A stretch of 64,000 nucleotides of DNA from an uncultured bacterium (GTDB taxonomy: Bacteria; Verrucomicrobiota; Kiritimatiellia; RFP12; UBA1067), in NCBI GenBank assembly GCA_902800055.1, contig CADCCW010000005.1, forward strand, positions 27,217 through 91,216, read 5' to 3'. Numbering within the stretch: position 1 is the first letter of the stretch; every line of letters begins with the position of its first letter. Position numbers and translations under genes: made by a program. The notes under the pieces are model-generated. The model worked only from the letters and a program-made list of their open reading frames with translations. It had not been told where the DNA came from and made no database searches. Positions 1 to 8,266 of this stretch are shown here, one piece after another.

Positions 1-849
1 AAACGCCCCGCTCGGCAGCTGCTTCGACGCAAGGAACTTAAGTCCGCGCTCAATCGACCGGTCGACGTCGTCCGCCTCCGGCGAGAACGTCGAGATGCCG
101 CCCACCGTGCGCCGCAGCCCGCCGCCGGCGTCGACCACCGCCGCGGCTGACGCCGCCACCGGAGCCTCGTCCCCGGATCGGAGCACGGCGACCGTGCCCG
201 CGGCAAGCGTGGCGAGCGAGAGAAACGCGGCGAAGCAGGCGGTCCAGCTGTGGCGGAAGAGCCACGAGTTGCGCGGACGCGTCGCCCGCACCAGGCGGTC
301 GGCGAAGTCCGGCGACAGCTCGGTGCCGCAGAGCATGTCGTAGAGCGCGTCCTTCGCGTAGTGGAGGCGGCTGCGGACCGTGCCCTCGGGGATGCCGACG
401 ATCTTGGCGATCTCCGGCGTCGAGAGGTCTTCGAAATAGCGCAGCACCACGACCTCGCGGTAGTTTTCGGGCAGCTTCCTCACCGCCGTGCGCACCGCCT
501 CGGCGCTGCCGCGGAAGGCGAACTCCTCGAGCGGATTCGGCGACTTGTCCTCAACCTCGGGCAGCTCGTCGTTCGGGACTACGGTCTCCTTCCTCGCAGC
601 GCGTCGGCGCAGGTCCATGCGGTGGAAGTTGAGGAGGATGGTGTAGACCCAGTAGTAGAACGAGCCGGTGGGACGGAAGTCGTCAATCCGCTCGATGGCG
701 CGCTCGAAGGCACGGAACACGAGGTCCTCGGCCTCGTGGGCGTCCTGGCAGAGCATCCTGGCGGCGGCCTCGAGGCGCGGACGGTACTCCGCCACCAGGC
801 GCCTGGCGCCCAGCTCGCGGTCTGCCCGAATCTCTTCGTATATTTCCAT
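1..849 (-). CDS. ECF (sigma-70 family) RNA polymerase sigma factor with C-terminal TM helix and start of a prenyltransferase/squalene-oxidase-repeat-like domain; runs off the left edge
   Basis: Manual translation from ATG 849 (absent from the ORF track because there is no stop in the window): MEIYEEIRADRELG...AEDLVFRAF...FYYWVYTILLNFHRMDLRR (region 2), LPENYREVVVLRYFEDLSTPEIAKIVGIPEGTVRSRLHYAKDAL (region 4), hydrophobic WTACFAAFLSLATLAAGTVAVL, then IERGLKFLASKQLPSGAF. Open for 283 codons to position 1. Confidence 0.85.
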   Translation of the reverse strand, partial: MEIYEEIRADRELGARRLVAEYRPRLEAAARMLCQDAHEAEDLVFRAFERAIERIDDFRPTGSFYYWVYTILLNFHRMDLRRRAARKETVVPNDELPEVEDKSPNPLEEFAFRGSAEAVRTAVRKLPENYREVVVLRYFEDLSTPEIAKIVGIPEGTVRSRLHYAKDALYDMLCGTELSPDFADRLVRATRPRNSWLFRHSWTACFAAFLSLATLAAGTVAVLRSGDEAPVAASAAAVVDAGGGLRRTVGGISTFSPEADDVDRSIERGLKFLASKQLPSGAF

Positions 850-909
850 CTCCAATCTACACAATGCACGCCGCGCCAAAAACGTTCAACCGCCAATCGT
901 CGTTAGCGG

Positions 910-2670
910 CTATGGGGACGGGGGCTTGTACTTGAGCGCCGTGCCGCCGGCGGCGGCGGTCTTGTAGGACTGCGTGCGCGGGTCGAAGTAGACCACTTTG
1001 ACCAACGGCGTCTTCGGCGCGCCGTCAGCCACGAAGAACCGGCGGTACTCGATGGTGCTGCCGTTCTCGTTGCGCGACAGCTCGAATGCCGATCCGGGCG
1101 GCATGTACGACCGCGGCACATAGCCGTTCGTCGGGTACATCCGGTAGGTGATGCAGACGACGTCGTTCGTCTCCACCGTCAGGATGTCGCAGAGCTCGTG
1201 GATACGCAGGCCCTCCGAGACGACGCCAGCGTAGCCGTCGGGCCGCCCGGCCGACGGCGGCGGCGCGATCTCCAGCGCGATCGCCGGCGCGTCGGCGTGG
1301 AACGAGCGGGAGAACGACATCGAGAAGCGCCCGCCGCGCGCAACGCGCCCCGCGGCCATGCCGTCCACGCCGAACGAGACGCGCCCGCGGAAAGGAACGT
1401 CGTACCTCACCGGTATCGCCAGGCGCTTGACGACGTTGGAGGGATTGGCGCTCTTGGCATCCGTGAGCACGCGCACCTTGCCAGTCACCTTGATCCCGAA
1501 CGACTCCGACGGCGAGACGCGCACGTTCGAGAGCGTCACCGTTGCGGGCGCGTCCAGCGAAACGATGAACTCGAACGACTCGCCGACCGTCGGGCGGGCC
1601 TTGCTGGCCGAGACCGAGGCGACCACCCGCACCGGTTCCACCTCCTCCTTCTCGAAGAGCCCCAGTCCGCCGAAGCCAGCGCGCATCTGGCGCATCCGCT
1701 CCTCCATCTCGCGGATCTGCCGATCCATTTGCTCGAAGACGTCCCCGGCACGGGACTGCGCGGGGACGAGCAGCGCGGCAAGGAGCGCCACGCACGCGAG
1801 CGCGCGGACGATGCGCCCGAAAAGCCAGAAGGCGAACGCGAGCGCGGCAAGCACGCCGGCGACGACGGCGAGGCGGCCTGCCCAGGCGTACCTGAGAAGC
1901 GGACGCAGCACCTGGCGCCAGACCGGCAGCTCCACGGCCGGATTCTCGTACCTGACCGCGAGCGCGGCGACGATGTCCCGCTCCACCTCCGGCGTCTGGC
2001 CAATGCGCCACTCGAGCGAGCGCAGCACCGAAAGCGCGCGCGACCATTCGCCGGCGAGGATGGCGCAGCGCGCCTCGTTGAGACGCGCCTCGGGGAAGTC
2101 GAACTCCCTGAAGGCGTCCGCCGTCGGCTTTGTGCACGCCTTGCGCCAGGCGAAGAGGGCGTCCTCGCCAACTGCCGCGGCATCCGTTCCCCACGGCACC
2201 GATCCGAGCTCGGTCACCAGCTCCGCCGGCCGCGGCATTTCATTGAAGTCCTCGCCCATTCCCACCACCACCACCTCGGCGCCGCGCTTCGCGTGCACGG
2301 GGATCTCGTTCGAGCGCACCATCCGCTCGGAGCCGTCCGTTCCGCGATAGGAGAACTCCAGTCCCGGGAACCAGAGCACGCCCTCGCGCATCGGCCGCAC
2401 CCGGTAGGTTAGCCGCCGCGCGTCGCGGTAGGTGTCGGTCTTGGCGCTCACGTCGTCCAGCTTCCAGTCCTTCGGCGAGACCGCCTTGGAGAGCGCCGGC
2501 GGATGCAGGTTGCGGAAGTCGGCCTCGCCGATGAAGTCGACGGTAAGGACGAGCGGATCCCCTACCTTCACGTTGTTGGCGTCGAAGAACGCGCGCGCCC
2601 GCAATTCGCCGCCCGTGACCCCGGTCAGTTCAATCGCCGCCAGCAGAAAACATCCCGCGAAATTCATCAT
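910..2670 (-). CDS. BatD-like exported protein
   Basis: 586 aa ORF with signal-like N-terminus, BatD-type beta segments (VKVGDPLVLTVDF; LTYRVRPMREGVLWFPGLEFSY), central TM segment and a second similar domain. Confidence 0.6.
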   Translation of the reverse strand: MMNFAGCFLLAAIELTGVTGGELRARAFFDANNVKVGDPLVLTVDFIGEADFRNLHPPALSKAVSPKDWKLDDVSAKTDTYRDARRLTYRVRPMREGVLWFPGLEFSYRGTDGSERMVRSNEIPVHAKRGAEVVVVGMGEDFNEMPRPAELVTELGSVPWGTDAAAVGEDALFAWRKACTKPTADAFREFDFPEARLNEARCAILAGEWSRALSVLRSLEWRIGQTPEVERDIVAALAVRYENPAVELPVWRQVLRPLLRYAWAGRLAVVAGVLAALAFAFWLFGRIVRALACVALLAALLVPAQSRAGDVFEQMDRQIREMEERMRQMRAGFGGLGLFEKEEVEPVRVVASVSASKARPTVGESFEFIVSLDAPATVTLSNVRVSPSESFGIKVTGKVRVLTDAKSANPSNVVKRLAIPVRYDVPFRGRVSFGVDGMAAGRVARGGRFSMSFSRSFHADAPAIALEIAPPPSAGRPDGYAGVVSEGLRIHELCDILTVETNDVVCITYRMYPTNGYVPRSYMPPGSAFELSRNENGSTIEYRRFFVADGAPKTPLVKVVYFDPRTQSYKTAAAGGTALKYKPPSP

Positions 2671-2685
2671 ACCTCCATCGCGTCA

Positions 2686-3558
2686 TCAATGCGGCTTGAC
2701 CGTAAACTGCACCGGCACGCCGTTCTTGCGGTATTTCTCGATGAACTCCGGTGCCAACGCCGGTATCGCACCGACGCGCTCGGCGGCGGCCTTGAGCGAC
2801 TGGTCCGCCCGGATGTCGCCAGAGCTCTTCTCGATCTTGTGGGCGACAATTCTGCCGCCGCCGCCGAACCACACCCGGATAGTCATCGGCTTCAAGGTGT
2901 CGGTCCACGGCGGAACATCCCACTTCCGCTCAAACGCCTCCTTGATCAGAGAATAGGCCAGCTGCTCGGCATTGGAGGCGAGATTGGTCGACTTGCCCGG
3001 CTTGTATCCCTGGTTGAGCAGCTTGGCGATTTCGGCGTCGGAAAGTGTCTTCTTGTCAGTGCGGCCATTCGGCTGCGGCTTGGTCGGCTCCTTGACGATG
3101 GTCGTCTTGTCGACCACCTTAGCCCTTTCGCGCATCTGCTTTATCCGCTCCTCGCGCAGCTCCTTCGCCGTCTTCTCCGGCTTCTCCGGCTTCTTGGGCT
3201 CCTCTTTCTTCTTCTCGGCCTTCGCCACCACGTTGGTGACGATTTTCTCGAGCTCCTTCGGCGGATCAGGTTTCTTGACCGCCGGTTTCGGCTTGGGCTT
3301 GGGCTTCGGCGGGGGCGGCGGCTCCGGTTTCTTCAGCGGCGGAGGTTCGTCCTCCTTGCCGTCGAGGTTCTCGACCACCACCACGGTCAGGTCGATGGGG
3401 ATGATTTCCTCCTCCTTGTCGAAGAGACCATGGAAGACCGCGAAGACCCAGAAGCCGGCGAAGAGCGCCACGTGCAGCGCGACCGCGATGCACAAGTTGG
3501 CGGCGCCCAGCACCTTGGGCTCGTTCTGTCCGCAGCTCTCTGGCCTCCAAAGTTCCAT
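2686..3558 (-). CDS. TolA/TonB-family energy transducer
   Basis: N-terminal TM (IAVALHVALFAGFWVF), Pro/Lys-rich linker (PPPPPKPKPKPKP), C-terminal TonB_2-like domain (SSGDIRADQSLKAAAE); follows tolQ/tolR-type genes. Confidence 0.8.
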   Translation of the reverse strand: MELWRPESCGQNEPKVLGAANLCIAVALHVALFAGFWVFAVFHGLFDKEEEIIPIDLTVVVVENLDGKEDEPPPLKKPEPPPPPKPKPKPKPAVKKPDPPKELEKIVTNVVAKAEKKKEEPKKPEKPEKTAKELREERIKQMRERAKVVDKTTIVKEPTKPQPNGRTDKKTLSDAEIAKLLNQGYKPGKSTNLASNAEQLAYSLIKEAFERKWDVPPWTDTLKPMTIRVWFGGGGRIVAHKIEKSSGDIRADQSLKAAAERVGAIPALAPEFIEKYRKNGVPVQFTVKPH

Positions 3559-3572
3559 CGTCCGGCTGGTCC

Positions 3573-3989
3573 TCAGTTCTCCTTGCTGACGAGGCCGAGG
3601 TGGCGCACGTTCGCGTCCTTCGCCACCTTGACCACCTCGTAGACGTCACCGTAGCCGACGCGGACGTCGCCGCGAACCAGCACGCTGACGTCGGGATCGT
3701 CGGCGACCGCCTTCGCAAGCCGCGCCTTGAGGTCTTCCATCGTGACCGGCGCCTCGCCGATGAAGAGCTTGCCGACGGAATCGACGGTGATGGAGAAGTT
3801 CTTCTTCTTGTCGTTCTGCGCCTTCTCGGTCTTGCCGACCGGCAGCAGCACGTGGATCGACTGCTCCAGCGTCGGCAGCGTGACGATGAACACCACCAGC
3901 AGGATGAAGGTGAGGTCGATGAGCGAGTTCATGTTGATCTCGGCCTTCGACCCCTCGCGCCTTGCGCGAGCTCTGCGCCGCATCGACAT
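3573..3989 (-). CDS. ExbD/TolR family protein
   Basis: EINMNSLIDLTFILLVVFIVT TM motif and VLVRGDVRVGYGDVYEVV; start placed at ATG 3989, just after the upstream stop at 3994. Confidence 0.85.
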   Translation of the reverse strand: MSMRRRARARREGSKAEINMNSLIDLTFILLVVFIVTLPTLEQSIHVLLPVGKTEKAQNDKKKNFSITVDSVGKLFIGEAPVTMEDLKARLAKAVADDPDVSVLVRGDVRVGYGDVYEVVKVAKDANVRHLGLVSKEN

Positions 3990-3993
3990 CGCC

Positions 3994-4713
3994 TCAAGCC
4001 CCCCTTCCCTGGAACTCGCAGGCAATGCGCCCGATGAGCTCGTCGGCGAAGCCCTCCATGTCGGCGCTGATGGCGCGGATCAGGGCGTTCAGGCGGGTGA
4101 ACGCCGCCATGCCGGGGATGGCGACGAGCAGGCCGACCACCGTCGTCACCAGCGCGGCGGAAATCGACGGCGCGATTGTCGCGAGGTTGGCGCTGCCGGC
4201 GGCGCCCATCTCCGCGAACGCGTCGAGTACGCCCCACACCGTGCCGAGCAGGCCCAGCATCGGCGCGAGCGCAACAACGGTGGAGATGAGCCCCATTCCG
4301 TATCCGATCCTGATCTCCTCCTCGTCGAGCACGTGCTCGCAGGTGCCGCGCACCAGCTCGATCTCGCGCGCCGTGAGCGCCGCCGCGCCCTCAGACTGGC
4401 GGCCGACGAGCAGCGAGCGGACGTCGGGCGTGAGCAGCTTGAGGAGCCGCTCGCACGTCTCCTTGTAGATGCCCTCGACGCCGGTGCGGACGTTCGGACG
4501 CCGCTGCAGGTAGTATTCGAGCACATCGCCGCAGGTGGAGAAGTCGCGCAGGAACCGCCGCGTCGCGTGCGCGTACGCGAGCAAGGTCCTCCACTTGCCG
4601 ATCACGGCGGCCACCATCAGGACCGACCCCGCGAGCTGCGCGAGCACGATGCCCTGCCCCATGAAGTTCGACTTCGCGAACCCGTCTATCAGCGAACTTG
4701 CCAAGAGTGCCAT
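3994..4713 (-). CDS. MotA/TolQ/ExbB proton channel protein
   Basis: APMLGLLGTVWGVLDAF and ISAALVTTVVGLLVAIP signature helices. Confidence 0.9.
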   Translation of the reverse strand: MALLASSLIDGFAKSNFMGQGIVLAQLAGSVLMVAAVIGKWRTLLAYAHATRRFLRDFSTCGDVLEYYLQRRPNVRTGVEGIYKETCERLLKLLTPDVRSLLVGRQSEGAAALTAREIELVRGTCEHVLDEEEIRIGYGMGLISTVVALAPMLGLLGTVWGVLDAFAEMGAAGSANLATIAPSISAALVTTVVGLLVAIPGMAAFTRLNALIRAISADMEGFADELIGRIACEFQGRGA

Positions 4714-5445
4714 TTACTGCTGCTCCTTCCGTTGTTTGCGTTGGTTGTCGTTTGAAGCCATTTCTTCCCGCTCCGCGCGCGGCGCGCGCCTCGCCACCCC
4801 TTCGCGCGGCTCCGCCTCCAGCGGCACCGTGAGCGGCTCAAGCGGCGCGTCGTCGCCGGCGAGCGCCTCCCACGCGGCGGCGTGGATCGGCAGCCCCTGC
4901 TCGCGGAACATCTCCTCGAACTCCGTCCACACCTCCTTCGGCCGCGGCATCGGATCGACGCGCCTGAAGCGCGCGTCCGCGGCGAATCCGTCGCACACCT
5001 CGCCGAAGTACTCTTCGTGGTCGGTCGCGAACTCGATCTTCCCGCCGGTCTCGAGGCGCTTCCACAGCGCGTTGCGGAAGAGCGGACCGAAGAGCCGGTG
5101 CGAATGGTGCTTCTTCTTCGGCCACGGGTCGGGGAAGAACACGTAGACGCGGCGGATGTGGTGGGCGGGCAGCAGGTAGTGGAAGGTGTAGAGCGCCTCG
5201 AGCCGCAGCACCGCCGCGTTGTCCACGTGCCCGCGCCGGCACTTGCCGTCGAAGAGCCGCACGCGCTCGAGCATTCGCTCGATGCCGAGGAAGTCGCAGT
5301 CCGGGTTGGCCGCTGCGCGCGCGACGAGGAACCGGCCCTTGCCGCAGCCGACCTCCACCTCCAGCGGACGCGAAAGGTCGAACTCGATGGGCCGCGTGAT
5401 GTCCTTGTGGTGCAACACGTGGCTGTCTGGAGTTACCCCGACCAT
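4714..5445 (-). CDS. trmB: tRNA (guanine-N7)-methyltransferase
   Basis: EVEVGCGKGRF (SAM motif), GIE, FFPDPWPKKKHHSHRL, FATDHEEY. Start uncertain; the ORF-track start at 5622 lies upstream of the promoter motif. Confidence 0.88.
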   Translation of the reverse strand: MVGVTPDSHVLHHKDITRPIEFDLSRPLEVEVGCGKGRFLVARAAANPDCDFLGIERMLERVRLFDGKCRRGHVDNAAVLRLEALYTFHYLLPAHHIRRVYVFFPDPWPKKKHHSHRLFGPLFRNALWKRLETGGKIEFATDHEEYFGEVCDGFAADARFRRVDPMPRPKEVWTEFEEMFREQGLPIHAAAWEALAGDDAPLEPLTVPLEAEPREGVARRAPRAEREEMASNDNQRKQRKEQQ

Positions 5446-5524
5446 CAGCTTTTGTCCAACCTCTCTCCCCTTGATTTGCCCTTTGCCGCCGGGACGGCGC
5501 CGCGCCGTTCCGTTTAATACGCGC

Positions 5525-5533
5525 ATTATACCA
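5525..5533 (-). promoter_or_regulatory. Extended -10 promoter TGGTATAAT (trmB-tolQRA-batD operon)
   Basis: Plus-strand ATTATACCA in the intergenic region, back-to-back with the aspS promoter. Confidence 0.75.
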
Positions 5534-5592
5534 AAAATCTCCGCCCCGCGAATATGGAATGTCGCTTTCGGCGACGCTAAGCGATGGCGAAA

Positions 5593-5603
5593 TGTGGTAT
5601 AAT
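5593..5603 (+). promoter_or_regulatory. Extended -10 promoter TGTGGTATAAT (aspS)
   Basis: Exact TRTGnTATAAT 36 nt before the aspS ATG; AGGAG SD at about 5622-5626. Confidence 0.8.
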
Positions 5604-5639
5604 ACGCGCTTGTAAAGTTCACAGGAGAAAGACAATCCC

Positions 5640-7451
5640 ATGCATCCGTATCGCACCCATACCTGCAACGAGCTCCGCGCCAGCGACGCGGGCAAAACCG
5701 TTAGGCTTTCCGGCTGGATGTTCCGCCTCAGAGACCACGGCGGCATCCTCTTCGTCGACCTTCGCGACCACTACGGCCTCACGCAGATCGTCGTCCATCC
5801 GTCCAGAAGCTTCTTCGGCCTCGTCGAGAAGGCGCACCTGGAGTCGGTCATCACCGTGACCGGTGAGGTGAAGCTGAGGACGCCCGACACGATCAACCCC
5901 GAGCTCCCGACCGGCGAGATCGAGATCGAGGCGAACGAGCTCGTGATGGAGTCCGCCTCGCAGGTCACTCCCCTCTACATCCCAGACGAGAAGGCCGACG
6001 AGTCGGAGGACGTGCGCCTCCAGTACCGCTTCCTCGACCTCCGCCGCGAGAAGCTGCACAAGAACATCATCCTCAGGAGCGACGTCATCCGCTTCCTCCG
6101 GGAGAAGATGTGGGAAAAGGGATTCCACGAGTTCCAGACGCCGATCCTCACCGCCTCATCGCCCGAGGGCGCGCGCGACTACCTGGTGCCGAGCCGCATC
6201 CACCGCGGCATGTTCTATGCCCTTCCGCAGGCGCCGCAGATGTTCAAGCAGCTCCTGATGGTGTCTGGCTTCGACAAGTACTTCCAGATCGCGCCGTGCT
6301 TCCGCGACGAAGCCGCGCGCGCCGACCGCTCGCCCGGCGAGTTCTACCAGATGGACATCGAGATGTCATACGTGACGCAGGACGAGATCTTCGCCGTCGT
6401 CGAGGACGTGGTGAGCGCGACGTTCAGGAAGTTCTCGACCTGGGCGTGCAACGAGGCGCCCTGGCCTAGGATCAAGTACCGCGACGCAATGATGACCTAC
6501 GGCTCGGACAAGCCGGACCTCAGGAACCCCCTCAAGTGGATCGACATGTCCGACTTCTTCGCGAAGGCCGACTTCAAGGCGTTCGCCGCGTGCGTCAAGA
6601 ACGGCGGGCTCGTCAAGGGCCTGCTCGTCAAGGGAATCGTCGGCGTCGAGACCCGCACCTGGTTCGACAAGCGCGAGGCGTTCGTCAAGGAGAACGGCGG
6701 CAAGGGCCTCGGCTACATCAGCTGGACCAAGGAAGGCGAGCTCAAGGGGCCGATCGCGAAGTTCCTCTCCGCCGAGCAGCTCGAGGAGATGAAGAAGCTC
6801 GCGGGCATGGAGCCGACCGACGCGCTCTTCTTCATGGCCGCCGACGTCGACGAGTGCAACCGCCTCTCCGGCCTCGTCCGCACCGACATCGCCGACCACA
6901 TGACGAACGACATCCGCGAGAAGAACTGCTACAAGTTCTGCTGGATCGTCGACTTCCCGTTCTTCGAGAAGGACCCCGAGACCGGCAAGATCATCTTCTC
7001 GCACAACCCCTTCTCGATGCCGCAGGGCGGGCTCGAGGCGCTGAACACCAAGGACCCGCTCTCCATCGAGGCGTACCAGTACGACGTCGTCTGCAACGGC
7101 ATCGAGCTCTCGTCGGGCGCGATCCGCAACCACCAGGTCGAGGTGATGTACAAGGCGTTCGAGATCGCGGGCTACACCAAGGACGACGTCGTGAAGAAGT
7201 TCGGCGCCCTCCACCGCGCGTTCCAGTTCGGCGCGCCGCCGCACGGCGGCATCGCCCCGGGCGTGGACCGCATGGTGATGCTCCTCACCGATACGCCGAA
7301 CATCCGCGAGGTGATCGCCTTCCCGATGAACCAGAAGGCGCAGGACCTCCTGATGGGCGCACCGAACTACGTGACCGAGCAGCAGCTCCGCGAGCTCCAC
7401 ATCAAGATCCGCGGCACCGGCGCCGAGGCGGCCCAGGCGTCCAACGCCTGA
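5640..7451 (+). CDS. aspS: Aspartyl-tRNA synthetase
   Basis: [22 protein letters not shown], motif 1 [55 protein letters not shown]. Confidence 0.98.
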   Translation: MHPYRTHTCNELRASDAGKTVRLSGWMFRLRDHGGILFVDLRDHYGLTQIVVHPSRSFFGLVEKAHLESVITVTGEVKLRTPDTINPELPTGEIEIEANELVMESASQVTPLYIPDEKADESEDVRLQYRFLDLRREKLHKNIILRSDVIRFLREKMWEKGFHEFQTPILTASSPEGARDYLVPSRIHRGMFYALPQAPQMFKQLLMVSGFDKYFQIAPCFRDEAARADRSPGEFYQMDIEMSYVTQDEIFAVVEDVVSATFRKFSTWACNEAPWPRIKYRDAMMTYGSDKPDLRNPLKWIDMSDFFAKADFKAFAACVKNGGLVKGLLVKGIVGVETRTWFDKREAFVKENGGKGLGYISWTKEGELKGPIAKFLSAEQLEEMKKLAGMEPTDALFFMAADVDECNRLSGLVRTDIADHMTNDIREKNCYKFCWIVDFPFFEKDPETGKIIFSHNPFSMPQGGLEALNTKDPLSIEAYQYDVVCNGIELSSGAIRNHQVEVMYKAFEIAGYTKDDVVKKFGALHRAFQFGAPPHGGIAPGVDRMVMLLTDTPNIREVIAFPMNQKAQDLLMGAPNYVTEQQLRELHIKIRGTGAEAAQASNA

Positions 7452-7471
7452 CGCCGAACGTCTAGCGCGTA

Positions 7472-8266
7472 TTATTCGGCGATAAGGTCGAGGGTGTCGA
7501 GGTCGATGACACCCTCGAAGACCTTCTTTACCGGGCCGGTCAGGGTGACGGACGAGAATTTCGACCCGTCGAACTCGCCGTCCACCACCAGCTCATATCC
7601 CTCGGAGGTGGACACCTGCACCGGAAAGGACAGCCCGTGGCCCGCCACGCCGACGCAGGCGACCGCCACCGCGCCGGTGCCGCACGCGCCGGTCTCCGCC
7701 TCCACCCCGCGCTCGTAGGTGCGCACCGAGACCCGGTGCGGCGGACGGTAGACGACGAAGTCCACGTTCGTCCCGTGCGGCGCAAACCGCTCCGAAAGCC
7801 GGATCCTGCGCCCCTCGCCGTCGACGTCGACCTTGGCGAGGCTCTTCACCGGCACGATGAAGTGCGGGACGCCGGAGTTCACGAAGTCTCCGTCGAGGCC
7901 CTTCGGGTCCGGCATCCACACCTTGACCTGGCTCTCGTCGAGGATTTCCGCGTCCACCAGACCCGCGGCGGTCTCGAAGCACATCACCTTGCCCTTCGCC
8001 GCGCCGATTTCGCGGGCGAAGGCGGCGACGCACCGCGCGCCGTTGCCGCAGAGCTCCGCCTCGGAGCCGTCGGGGTTGAAGAACCTCATCGAGAAGTCGG
8101 CGCGGGACGACTTGCCGACCAGGATCACCCCCTCGCAGCCGACGCCGATCCGCCGCGCCGCCATCGCGGCGATCCGCCGGCCGTCGCAGGGAAACTCGCC
8201 GTCGCGGTCGTCGACCATTATGAAGTCGTTGCCCGCGCCATGCATCTTGGTGAACTTCATCTTCAT
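7472..8266 (-). CDS. dapF: Diaminopimelate epimerase
   Basis: FTKMHGAGNDF, ELCGNGARC, NSGVPHF, GTNVDF, RTYERGVEAETGACGTGAVA; ATG overlaps the upstream TGA. Confidence 0.96.
   Translation of the reverse strand: MKMKFTKMHGAGNDFIMVDDRDGEFPCDGRRIAAMAARRIGVGCEGVILVGKSSRADFSMRFFNPDGSEAELCGNGARCVAAFAREIGAAKGKVMCFETAAGLVDAEILDESQVKVWMPDPKGLDGDFVNSGVPHFIVPVKSLAKVDVDGEGRRIRLSERFAPHGTNVDFVVYRPPHRVSVRTYERGVEAETGACGTGAVAVACVGVAGHGLSFPVQVSTSEGYELVVDGEFDGSKFSSVTLTGPVKKVFEGVIDLDTLDLIAE

Noticed and set aside
3270-3330. CCCAAG/CCGAAG-like short repeats in the TolA/TonB gene
   Set aside because: They encode the ordinary Pro-Lys linker of this family.
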